A stretch of 64,000 nucleotides of DNA from Botryllus schlosseri (Eukaryota). Each line of letters starts with the position of its first letter. Positions within the stretch are counted from its first letter, which is position 1. The translations under genes and the position numbers were made by a program. Below are positions 25,791-37,318 of this stretch, one piece after another. The stretch lies in the NCBI GenBank assembly GCA_051294905.1, contig CM119383.1, positions 23,560,001 to 23,624,000 of the forward strand. The letters are read 5' to 3'. The notes beneath the pieces were generated by a model. That model saw only the letters and a list, made by a program, of their open reading frames with translations. It ran no database searches and had not been told where the DNA came from.

Positions 25791-28700
25791 TTGGAACGGT
25801 CGTTTAAACTCGCAGTAGCGGGGTGCGAAACCAGTAATCCCGCTTGTAATACGGTTGATGATGATCTTGATAACTTGATTTGCTCCCTCAATGTTTTAAC
25901 CAACTGGTACACACTTGTTAGTATTGCCCGGGCAGATTATAAATTTTTGGTAGATACCGGTAGTCCGGTAACATTCATAGATTTTGGGTTACGGGAGTTT
26001 ATTGATGTCGGTGAGCTAGAATCGAGTCCGGATGACAATCGATTTAGAGTGGCTAATGGCAGACCCCTAGTAGTGCATGGAAGTTGCACACTCAAGATGT
26101 GCATAAATAAAGTTTGTGTGAGGATGCGAGTGTTTGTGGCTGAGCTCGGAGCGAAAATTGGTATTTTGGGTATGGATGCTCTGAAGGATTTTGATGTCAC
26201 CTTGTATGCCAGACGTGGAGTAATGCAAGTGGGTGATGACTCGGTTCAATTAATGAGTTCCAATAATGTCACGTGCAGCCGTATAAACATTAGGGAATCA
26301 ATTTCGGTCCCCGCTCACAGTCAATTATGTGTGACTGGAGAGAATAACCACCCTTGGCCAGTGGATGTTAAGGGAGTTACGGCTGTAGTTGAGCCAGTCA
26401 GGGATTTTTCGTGGGCACAGAATGAGTCGGGAGTGTATGTGTGTCCTGCTTTCGTTACCGCATCAGAATGCTCGGTGCCAGTTCTGGTTGTGAATGATTC
26501 AGATCGTGTGGTTGAGATACCCTCTGGCACTTTTGTTGGCATGATTTGCCCTGCAGACAACTTCCAGGATGTACATGGAAGGGTTTCCGGCATTGCCAGT
26601 ATAAGGAAGAGTGAAGATGAAGAGGTGCCCCCGGGTGAAGCGAAGTCCTATTTAGGTGAAGAATCGAAATCGCAAACGGACGAATTTCCAGGTCATCTGA
26701 GTTCCCTGTTAGATGGTGTTCAGGACCTAACGGGGGAGCAGCAGTCGGCAGTGCGGGATCTCTTGACTGAATTCCAGGATGTTTTCATTGGGCCGGATGG
26801 GAAACTCGGACAGACGCAAGTTTTGCAGCTGGGCTGGGAGAAACGCAAGTTAGCTATTCAAGAAGTGGAAAAGCTGAGAGAACAGAACGTGATAGAGGAG
26901 TCTGATTCACCTTTCAATGAACCAATTATGCTGGTTCCTAAAAAAGATAATTCCTGGAGAATTGTTCTGGATTACAGGAAACTGAATAGCGTGACGGTCA
27001 AAGATGCGTACTCGTTACCTCGAATAGAAGATATTCTCGATTCGTTGGGAGGCGCCTCGTGGTTTTCATGTTTGGACTTGGCAAGCGTTTTTTTCCAAGT
27101 CACAATAGATCCTAAGGATCGCCCCAAAACAGCCTTCAGTGTTCCAGGTCATAACCATTACCAATTTACTGTACTTCCCATGGGATTGGCAAACTCGCCA
27201 GCTCTGTTTCAGAGATTGATGGAGAAAGTTCTTGCTGATGTATTATGGTCGCGAGCCCTGGTTTTCCTAGATGATGTTATGGTTTTTGGAAAAACTTTTG
27301 AGCACGAAATGGAGAACCTCCGACACGTTTTCTCCAGGATACGCACGGCGGGACTAAAGTTCAAACCAACTAGATGCAGGTTGTTTCAAAGACGTGTGGA
27401 ATATCTTGGCCATGAAATTTCAGACGAAGGGGTTAGCTGCAGTGAGACAAAAATATCGTCGATTCGTGACTGGCCGGTTCCTGGGAAGTTGAAAGATCTC
27501 CAGGCCTTCCTGGGCACCGCAAACTATTATCGGCAATATGTGAAGTCATTCGCGTCCATCGCTTACCCACTGACACATCTGACAATGAAGAATGTGCCTT
27601 TTAACTGGGACGATCAGTGCTAAAATGCCTTTGACACCTTGAAGGAGTTATTGACAAAATCTCCGATACTGTCTTACCCACGTGAAGATGGTGAAGTGTT
27701 CATTCTTGACACTGATTGCAGCGCTTTTGGTGTGGGTGCGGTTCTCTCTCAGAAGCAAGAGGGTCTTGAGAGGGTAATCGCTTATGCAAGTACTACTCTT
27801 AACAAATCACAGAGGAATTACTGTGCTACATATCGAGAACTTTATGCTGCGAGATGGGCGATTGAGCATTTCAGACATTACCTTTGGGGGAGACCATTTA
27901 TTTTGAGGACTGATCATTCTTCATTGCGTTGGCTTCTCACTTCGAGCGAACCCCATGGGCCTTTGGTGGCAAGGTGGATTGCGTTTCTGAGCAGCTATGA
28001 TTATACGGTAGAACATCGTCCAGGCGCGTTGCATGGGAATGCTGATGGTCTCTCCAGGAAGTACCGTAGACGCTGTGAGCGAGAGGAATGCTCGGACTGT
28101 TGTGATTTTGCAGAACCTCCAGCAACAAGATGTGCTGCGGTCATTGTAGGGAGTTTGGGGCAGGTTGCTGAAGAATCTGCATCTACAGGACCAGATTTGT
28201 CAAACTGGTTGCGGTCATACTCTGAAGAAAATTTGAAGGAGCTGCAGATGAAAGACAAGGACTTGGAAACAGTCATTTCAATGAAGGAAACAAGAGATTG
28301 TAGACCTTCTGGGACTGAACTTCTGTTCCTGCCAAAACTGGTCCGGGACTTGTGTTCGCAATGGCGACTCATCAGTCTGCGAAATGGAGTACTTTATCGT
28401 GAATTTGTGCATTCTAATCCTGGGGGTAAACCAATATTTCAATTAGTCCTGCCCCTTTCGGTTCGTAAGGATATTTTTCACCATTGCGTACAGCAGGTCA
28501 TTTGGGCCGTGATCGTACTTATAAGAAATTGAGAGATAGGATGTATTGGCCTGGAATGAAACGTGATGTTGAAAGTTGGATTAAATACTGTTCTGTGTGT
28601 ACCAAATCAAAAACTCCTCACGGTGGTCACAAGGCTAATTAGCAGAAAATGTTATGTGCTGAGCCATTTGACAGAATTTCTATTGATTTCATGGGTCCCT

Positions 28701-29632
28701 TGAATGAGACAGAGTCGGGTTATAAGTACATTATGGTATGTACTGACTACTTCTCAAAATGGGTAGAAGCATTCCCGTTGAAAAACTTGTTGGCTGCTTC
28801 TGCTGCAGATGTACTTGTGACTGAAATTTTCACCAGATTTGGTGCGCCGTCTATAATCCATACGGACCAGGGTGTACAATTTGAATCGGACCTTTTTAAG
28901 CAAATGTGTATGCTATTTGATATTGATAAAACTCGCACTACTCCCTATCACCCTAGATCAGACGGGCTCACAGAAAGGAACAATCGGGTTTATCTGCAAA
29001 TGCTCAAAAGTTTTGTGAACAGTGCCCAAGACAACTGGGATGAACATTTACCTTATTTATCCATGGCTTACAGGTCATCAGTGCATGCATCTACTGGTTA
29101 TACTCCTAATCGTTTGTTTTTAGGAAGAGAGATATCCCTTCCTGTTGATATCATGTTCGGTAAACCGCCACGTAACACTGCCTATAGTTGTTATACTGAG
29201 TTTGTCAAGTGGTTTGACATTGCTAGTACTGATGCTTTTGCGTATGCCCGTGAGCAACTGAGTAAGTCTGCTATCCGCCAGTCCAGAAACTTCGATCCAT
29301 CTGTTAAACCCTTGATTTTGGAAACTGGTAGTTTGTGCTGGTACTTCCATCCACCCGCAAAGTCAAAACTTAAGTCGGGTTGGACCGGCCCATGGCTAGT
29401 GTCAGAGCGAATCGAACAATTCCTGTATCGGATAAAACATGTGGACTCCGAACGATATCGCATTGTGCATGTGGATAATTTACATCCTTACATAGATGAT
29501 GTTGACTCACTTCCAGCTCTGGAAAACGATTCAGTCAGTGACACCGACATTGCTGTGTCGGAAGAGATACCGAGTGTCCTGCCTGATCGTAGCAGACAAA
29601 TGCCCTCACGATTTAATGACTATGTTATGTGA
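25791..29632 (+). pseudogene. Gypsy pol (protease, RT, RNase H, integrase), disrupted
   Basis: FLVDTGS; LDYRKLN...FTVLPMGLANSPALFQ...FLDD; LDTDCSAFGVGAVL...RTDHSSL...HGNADGLSR; GHLG...YWPGMKRDV..WIKYCSVC; ISIDFMGP...HTDQG...ERNNR. Lesions: TAA 27621-27623, frameshift ~28490, TAG 28640-28642, and an apparent deletion at the RT N-terminus. Confidence 0.95.
25803..25844 (+). promoter_or_regulatory. Candidate -1 ribosomal frameshift signal at the gag-pol junction
   Basis: T TTA AAC (25803-25809) is in the gag frame; a -1 slip gives FKLAVAGCE in the pol frame. Seven nt downstream AGCGGG (25817-25822) can pair with CCCGCT (25839-25844). Confidence 0.75.
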
Positions 29633-29723
29633 AAGTGTTCTTTTTTCTCTCGCTTACTGCTTGTTGCTTGGTTATTGCTTGTATTTTGTTGTGAGAGTCT
29701 ACTTGAGTAGCACCTCTCAAATT

Positions 29724-29898
29724 TGATGAGAGGGTGATGTAGCAGCCCTCGTGCGCCCCCTATCTGGGTTGGCGCCCTTGGGATGCTTGAGTGATTTCAT
29801 GGAGTAGCTTCCTCTTTGTGTTTGGTCTCGTCGCTGCTGGGTTGTTGAGTACGACTGACTGAGTGAATAAACTTCCTATCTGAGCAAAGGCCTCTACA
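29724..29898 (+). repeat. Polypurine tract (~29724-29737) and 3' LTR (29738-29898, 161 bp)
   Basis: GATGAGAGGGTGA precedes TGTAGCAG...CTCTACA. Confidence 0.93.
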
Positions 29899-32257
29899 GA
29901 GCGCTACGTTCTCAGTCCCAAATGCTCTTGTCAGTTGCAAGAGTTAGAACATCGACCTACGGTGTGAGAACCTTTTCTTCCTCTGCCGCCATTCTGTGGA
30001 ACAATCTTCCAATTTCTATCAGACTATGTGACTCGCTATATGTTTTCAAACGCATAATCAAGACCGTTTTATTCACACGAGCGTTCGAACTAGAGTAGTG
30101 TTCATTCCGCCCTACAACTATGCACTTCGTCTTTTATACATATCGTTTACTTTTCTATTTTATTGCCTTTTATGACATATTGTTATATTCGGCTCTCTAT
30201 AAATTATTATTATATTATTATTATTATTCATGTGTGGAACACTTGTTATCTAGGGAATTATACCTTGGTCATCATGATTACTTGGCAACGGCAAATTCTT
30301 TCTGTAATTCACTAATCTAGTGTTTTTCCAGGAACCTAGAGTGGCAACACTGCCGCCGACGCCTGGCGTCTTGGGCAAGTCATTCACTGGCCTTAAGCCA
30401 GGTCTAAATTAAGACAACTTTTTGAAACCCACCCTAAATGTCTTGCATATTAGGTGCCCTTCTCCGAGAAATACGCATGATTTATAGGCATGTCGGCGTC
30501 AGCCATTGCCGCACCACGACGTATCCACACATAATGAAGTTTCGGTTAACATATGGGACTCCAAAATTCGGGTCTAAAATTCGACCGCGATAAGCTACGT
30601 AAACTCTCTGCTTACGCTGAGTAGAATGGATGTGATCACAAGTACAGGTGAAAACATCCACCCAAGTGTAGGGTCTTGGGGCGAAGCCCCCGGAAGTTTT
30701 GCTTATCGCCCTGTGGGGTCCCAAGACCAGCGTTTTCGGGGGTGGGCTGACGAAGTGCTTTTTCGGCCCGGATTTGCGGATGGCCAGTATAGCTGCTGTA
30801 ATGTGTTTTCTTGCGCCACGCACTGTATTCGTAGTTGCCGGAGTAGCCTGCGTCTGGTGGCAGTGGGCAATGAGCAAGGTAGCACGACAAGTTGCTTGGT
30901 TCGACTCCGATGCGCTTCTTCTCTTGATATTGTCAAAGAGAAGAATATTACGGAGTTGACGTGGCCGTTTAAACCCACGGCCTTTGGCGCGAAAGACTGT
31001 GAACGACTCTAGGCGGTAGCACGTTATCTGGACAAGGCAATTTTACCTCGACTTGGCAGACTCACTACCATAAAATCACATGGATGCCATCATGAATATT
31101 ATTAAATACGATCAAAACTCTCCAAATGTCACTCTCTAGCATCATATAGTTGCCAAAAACGGTTGCATACTTTACATTTTGGCTTCATTTCAATTTTGAC
31201 AGTTCACCGGTCCGCCAGACATTTTTTGAAATTTTACCGGTCCGCGAGGCGAAAAAGGTTGAGAACCACTGGATATTGAATATAAAACAACCCTTCGTTA
31301 CTATGTATGGCCAAGCAAATGTCTGTTCATTGCGCGTACTTACATTTCTCAAATAAATTAGGGTTACAATACGTCCTCCTTTAGGAGGATTTGTCCTCAT
31401 TTTTCAGGATTTTGGAAACGTCCTCCGAGGACGCCCAAATGTCCTTTTTGAAATTCTGTTTTATATTATAAAAAATTTGGATAAATATAGTGCCAAATTC
31501 GACTGAGATACATTAAATCAGCACTGAAGTAATGACTATTTCCGGAGCTGAGCCGGCATTTGATCTTTCTTCTGTTTTGATTTTGTTGTGTAGTAGTAGC
31601 GATAGTGAGGAAGAGGAACCTTTGCCGGCCACACAACCTACTGTTCCGCAGCCGGTAGTGGCGAGAGTCACATTTCATTGCAACCGACATAAAATTTCAG
31701 TATTTGTCGAAGATGGACCCCGGATGACAGACGTACCAAGAAACGGTCCTGCGACAGTCAAAATCTTAGAAGACTATATATTTATATGGAACACAACGGG
31801 AGGAGTGCACTTGTGCTCAATGCGCAAAGAACCGTTGGGGTGCAAGCGGCAGTCAATGCAACGGCTCCGATGAGGCGCAGCCAGCGCACTAGAAGGTCGC
31901 CACAGCGGTTTCCTTTGTAATGTTTTTTTAATTGAATGAAGTTTCGTTAAAATTCTTTTTTAATTTTATACAATGATATTGCTGATAACTGACATGCATA
32001 TAATTACGTAAATAATGTCATGATGCTTGCTTAATAATATCGTCGCTGGAAAACCAAACTGTGCTATGTCATTTTTGGAAATTTTGACTTGGATCATATA
32101 ATTTTGATATGAACCAGTTTTCTTTTCAATTTATCTCGAAAATTCCGGTTCCCAACCGTAACTATGCACAATGGCGGGCATATCAATATCTATAAGAGCT
32201 GTGCCGCGTGTTTTCCCTTTCATTGATGGCTCAGGAGGTGTTGTGCGCTGCAGGAAA

Positions 32258-35200
32258 CCCCGCAAATAATTGAGGTTTTTTACGTTTTTCAGACGTTTCA
32301 AGGTTTCAAAAAACCTAGAGTCTGGCCAGGTTATTTCGGCTGTATTTTCATCAACAATTCAAGTTGTGAGGCATGGGGAATTTAATTCAACCGAACTATG
32401 CTGCAGAGCGAGTATTTACAGGTGTTATCATCGCGTACGCCATCTGGGGATGGCGAAAATGTGATCGCAAAGATGTCCGATTGGAAGGCATGCTATATTT
32501 TCAAATTGATGATACGCATCGTCATCATGACTACTAGAAATGCAGCATTCAGAACCAATTGACTGATTAGCAACCACGAAATAATGATCACGTTATACCG
32601 ATGCTGGTATATTATACCGCCGTTGTTGAAATTTAGCAATGGCAACTTTCCCGATTGTCACGTCACTATTTATCGCCGAATGACGTATTGACTTTTTCCT
32701 CACTCGGTCGAACACCACTTCTCGCGCGCAAGATCTCATACAGCGTGACCGTGACTACAGTGGTCGATAATGGGGGCTCGCAGTTGTGTAGTACTGTAGT
32801 TTTCGGTTCGGTCTAAGTGACGCTCAAAGAAGGCAGTTCATTACAGAGGGATACGGAAAACTTAAATGTATAGGGTAATTCCTGTAAGTTTCATAGTAAA
32901 TGTTATTATTATGGTACGGTATTGTCTGTACGGTAATCCTTCATATATTGATGTATCTGATTGTCTACCGAAGTATCATATCATTTTAAGGATGCCACAA
33001 GTCGTAATTACAGTATTCTACGTAACATGAGCTACCTGTGCCGTTTTGTTTACGCGTACTATATAATAGTGTTCTCTTGCATTGATAATCTTTTACATGC
33101 TTTATTGCGGCAGCCAAAGGTCATGAAGTGCAGCTATAGAATGCATGGGTTTGTAATGAGACGCCTATAAGATTCGGATAGACTATGTTGAATCAACAAA
33201 AGTTCAGTAATGTCTAAAATCGCGGTTAGCCTACATAAGGAGATGGACTGCTGCTAATAAATAAATGAAGCAGTCCTTGGCTAACAAAAACTATGGCATT
33301 TTACAGTTTGAGCATATTATATACCAAGTAACCAGTTTGTGTTTCGCCTAATGTTACTCGTTCGCCAAACAATGTTGACATCTGATGCTTCACTATCCAC
33401 TGATGAATCTATACCGATTGAAGATGACCTGGGGAATTGGGCGAAACAATACCATATATCTTGTGCTGCTGTTGCTACTCTGCTGAATATTGTGAATCAA
33501 TCAATGGTGCATGCTGGGAAATCTTGAGCACTGACCCCTCTGATAATTACCTGCAAACTATACTTGAATGCTACATCCTATTTTAAAACACCAATGGATA
33601 CCCGGTCAACTCTCGACAATATGTAGTACCGGATTGAGATATTGGGACTCTGGCTGTTATTATTTACTAGTGATTATTGATACTGCAATATTTTTGGTTT
33701 ACTACCATCTGAAATTTGCTGTTGTCAAGTGTGTGGTCTATATTTTAAGCGAATTCATCCTAACAAGGTATATTCATTTTCAGGTTTCATAACTATTTTC
33801 AAACTCTATGTTATGACAAAATGCGGTTTACTGTTGTTGAATTTGTAGCAGATAATTCTTGTGCTATTGCATCCAGCAAGTGGATATTCCAATCTTTTGC
33901 TGAAAAAGTAAGTTTATACTCTGCTATAGTGATGATGATCCTTACCTCTCCTATTTCATTTTAAAGGTATTGTGCTGTTATTGGCCAGGGACAACGAAAG
34001 CCGCACATTACGCTTAGAAAGATGTGAAGCCTGATGGGGGCACATGGAAGAAATATGAAATTCGTACATTATATGAGACTGGTGAGTGAGTGATAGCTTT
34101 TTATATAAAATGTAAACAACATAGCTTTTTATATAAAATGTAAACAACATATGTTATGTATTCAGAGGTGGTCGAGAAGTATGTGTCAGTCGGAGCTCTA
34201 TAAATAGGATAAGTAACGCTATAAATTTCAAGTCAATTACCAGTTGAAGTTCTGAGTTACAGTCATTTTTAAGAACCTCAAGTTGCGGTAGAAAAACTGT
34301 AGCCTGAAAAGTGCTAAAATAAGTAGTTTTAAGAAACAGATTTGGTCAAGCACTTGCGCAGGTAACAAGAGGTGTCTCATTTCAAAATTGATTGGTGCAG
34401 TTTTGTTACTGTCAAAAAATGACTAATGCCGCTACAAATAGGTGTGACCTTCGAAAACATGTTCAGTTACTGTGAACATGGGCTGTTTAGCCAAGCTGTT
34501 ACGGTATTACAATTAAATTTGATGCAAACATCCCAATACCACTGAAAATCGAAATTGCAATGGTCTAACAACAAAACCATTTGAGTAATTAATGCAAGTG
34601 CGCAAAACTACTTGGATGCCCTAAAAAAGTGCAATTAGGGCCTACTTTCGTAGTGACCACCTACAACTACATCTATGTATAAATCATATTCATTACTTCA
34701 CTTTTCAGACACATACACTGATGCAGTAATTGCAAATAAGAAAGCGGAGTCGACATCGACATTCGAAAGTGATCTTGAGACCCATGAATCGCGAAAGAGA
34801 AAAAACTTGCCCAAAATGCTATATTTTATGTTAATTGACTTGACATTTCTCAAAATATCAGTGCACTATATATTACCGCAACGCCCACTCACTTACTGAC
34901 CCCCCCCAGCCCCATATCAGTTAGTTGCCTATTCTGAATTAACATCTGTAACTCTTTGATTTCAGGAATGAAAATTCTTCAACCAGATTGACCAAGTGCA
35001 TCAATTACCGGTGTCCAATTTTCTCCTGCTGAATTTTGAACATTTCGGTTTCCTTTTTGCTTTCATTTGCAATAAAAAAGACATGCGACTGTGGTTGTGC
35101 CTCGGCAGTTTTGCGGCCTCAACGTACTGACTTGGCTGAAAGATAACGTTTAGTTTCAGGGAAGTCGATAACCAACTGGGACAAATTGTGACGTATCTAT

Positions 35201-35330
35201 GGCGTTACTAGGAAACGTTTATTTGACGTTCTTGAGTGTTCACAGAATCGCGTTTTATAAACGTGGAACGTATCTGTTGCCAATTTGCACCTAATATATA
35301 CGCTATATATTCGTTATTTTGTTTGCGAGG
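32258..35330 (+). mobile_element. EnSpm/CMC-like deletion derivative with transposase and accessory-gene relics
   Basis: Imperfect termini CCCCGCAAATAA / CCTCGCAAACAA with AA flanks and ACGTT subterminal motifs. DDLGNWAKQYHISCAAVATLLNIV (~33420-33495) resembles the animal EnSpm transposase N-terminus. Spliced relic FTVVEFVADNSCAIASSKW|CCYWPG...WKKYEIRTLYE|DTYTDAVIANKKAESTS (~33825-34800) resembles the DUF4806-type accessory gene. Confidence 0.55.
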
Positions 35331-37318
35331 AAGGCTTTAAAAATTTTCAAATCTGTGATTTTTTACGAAGCCCAAGAAGCGGTAGACCGGGAATGCCGGT
35401 GGCAAGCTTTCCCACAAGAAAGCACGACGCAATCACAATAGGAAACTTTCTGCGAGACTTCATACGCGATTCTTCGGGTAGAGAGCGATCCACGAAACCT
35501 AATCATAGACGGTAGTAAAGCGGTATGGAATGCAGTTTTGGATGCGTTTATCAGAGAAAATGGACTTCAGTATTATTTCCGATGCTATCGCATTGTAACA
35601 GGCATGTCGCACAAAATGACATTTGTAATGAATTCCTACAGTCTCAGCATGAAATCTGCATCGATCCTGTGTTGCAAGCACTACAAAAAGGGATTTGTGC
35701 CACTGCAATGTTCTGGATCGGTATTTTACTGTCGCAAGATACGCTATCAAGATTGGACGAGATAACCCGCCACATTAGTATTGTGTTGCTTTATCCAAAA
35801 TATACGCCAGTTGTTAATACCAGCTTTGCGTTTCTGTTCATACTGCCGAGAGAACAGGAGAATCCAACTGATGCTGTTGGAAATGATATTAATGAGCCAA
35901 GCCGCGACGACGATCGTTTTTCTGGAATAATTCCCGACGATAAAAAGCAAGAGAGAACAGGAGCATCCAATGATGCTGTTGGAAATGATCTTAATAAGCG
36001 AAGCCACGACGACGATTATTTTTCTGGCATAATTCCCGTCGATAAAAAGCAAGAGTTGCAGTCTATTTTATACGCGATATCGCAATCTTGAGCAAGAGTG
36101 CATGTCAGAAACAGCAATTCATTCCGACCTGGAAAGTCAATATGACTACGTCTATTACTTTGCGTCATTTTACACCAAGTTCGAAGTAATCGCTAATCGA
36201 TTTGGCGTAATCTCGCACCTTCTACTGGGAGAGGTATCAAGGCACAGTCGACCTGAAAATACTATAAATCATTATGCAAATTGGTGAAAACAATTTAAGA
36301 AACAATATCCTGGACGCTCAATCTGCGACGGTACAAGAACGCAAGTGCAATGGAGCAATTTTACCAGCAGTTGAAGCGAAACAATCAGAACAAGAGCGCA
36401 CTAAAGGTTGTGTGGGACTACGAAGATGCAGCGAGAGTGACATGGCAAATATTCGTTTGCTGATGATTTAGCAAAGGTAAAGTACGGCTATCGCGGCCCT
36501 TACCGAACCGGAAACTACAAATAGATCATCAGGAGAAGCCGGCAAATAATAAGCTTGATGGATCGAAATTCAAGAGGCGAAGCAAAAGAGAAGTATATTA
36601 CGGAACTATCACGGCCGCCGGAAAAATCAGGGATCGTAACTCAAAATCATTGACACGCTCATTGACACCGGAGGGAAATTTCGCAAAAAAAGTTATGGAA
36701 GTCTATACAGCCTATGGAAGTTGATACAGCCTACGGTTTTTTTAAATTTAAAAACCAAGTTTTATGTTTGTATTCCAAATAACCGCGCGCTGGCTGAACA
36801 AGTATGGTCTCGCTTAAGGTGAATTGCCTTCCTGGCAACTTCATACTAGTAAAGTAGGTCGACATATATAATTAAATCACTAGTGTATTTGTTCTCAGCT
36901 TCGCAACCGTCTGTAGTCAGCAAAGACCAACCATCATGTTTCTTAATTACCAAAATCTGTCTTGAAAACAACTTCAACACCACATGCCACCTCATTTCGT
37001 TGCTTGCCTATTATATCCTCTGCTTTACTTTCCATTCAGTGTGCAATGTGCATGCCTCTTCTTCTCTACTTCGCCCAGGCCTGTTGGGAGTCTGATCTCA
37101 AACACTACTCGAGAGTCTTTTCGTCACCTTCCTAATTACTAATTACTATTTTTCCATTGTATCGCAGTTTTGTGGTGTTGTGTTGTGTTTTGTAATACTG
37201 AAACACTGACGCAAAAAAAAAGACTATTTTGATAAGCACAACGTTTATTGGTCCTATTTTCAGGATCATACCGGGATAACTGAATCAGTCTCAGTTATTA
37301 GACTATATCACCCTAAGG

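Larger units (their letters stand above)
17385..25818 (+). pseudogene. Gypsy gag (17385-18566 plus 25617-25818), with a frameshift near 17640 and split by a 7-kb insertion
   Basis: ATG immediately after the PBS. Gag-like core PNKFSG...EDHLSHFE...LEGPA...LRKRFG...RRKKPNETPAAFAAALRELVR. The rejoined knuckle reads CFRCGKSGHSARFC, followed by CPLCRNAGHYDYQY. Confidence 0.9.
17205..29898 (+). mobile_element. Ty3/Gypsy LTR retrotransposon (defective provirus)
   Basis: Paired LTRs, PBS, PPT, gag with CCHC knuckles, and pol in the order PR-RT-RH-IN. Imperfect 4-bp TSD GAGA/GAGC. Confidence 0.95.
10143..30226 (+). mobile_element. 5'-truncated L2/CR1-group LINE 3' end in three pieces (~10143-10312, 17194-17204, 29899-~30226)
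   Basis: Removing the P and Gypsy insertions restores one frame: RLVTRSRKRDHVTPILRSLHWLPVKFRSEYKLLLYVFKCMEGSAPTYLRELVTMYNPGRALRSQSQMLLSVARVRTSTYGVRTFSSSAAILWNNLPISIR...KTVLFTRAFELE*. A (TTA)n-like tail lies at ~30200-30226. Confidence 0.88.
7148..30352 (+). mobile_element. hAT deletion derivative (outer container of the nested block)
   Basis: TIR CAGTG(G/T)TGCCACTC. Perfect 8-bp TSD CCGCCGAC at 7140-7147 and 30353-30360; the empty-site copy near 63940 has the 8-mer once. Subterminal CTAGTGTTTT motifs occur at both ends. Confidence 0.9.
6713..30434. mobile_element. Harbinger-type MITE of ~509 bp (6713-7147 plus 30361-30434), split by 23.2 kb of nested insertions
   Basis: TIR GGGTGGGTTTCAAA at 6713 and its reverse complement ending at 30434; flanks TGA/TAA. 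The joined halves match the uninterrupted inverted copy at 63865-64000. Confidence 0.85.

Noticed and set aside
6279-31271. CAGTGGTTCTCAACC at 6279 and GGTTGAGAACCACTG ending at 31271 as one more outer Buster-MITE layer
   Set aside because: The flanking 8-mers differ (TCGTCTAT versus GATATTGA), so there is no TSD support.
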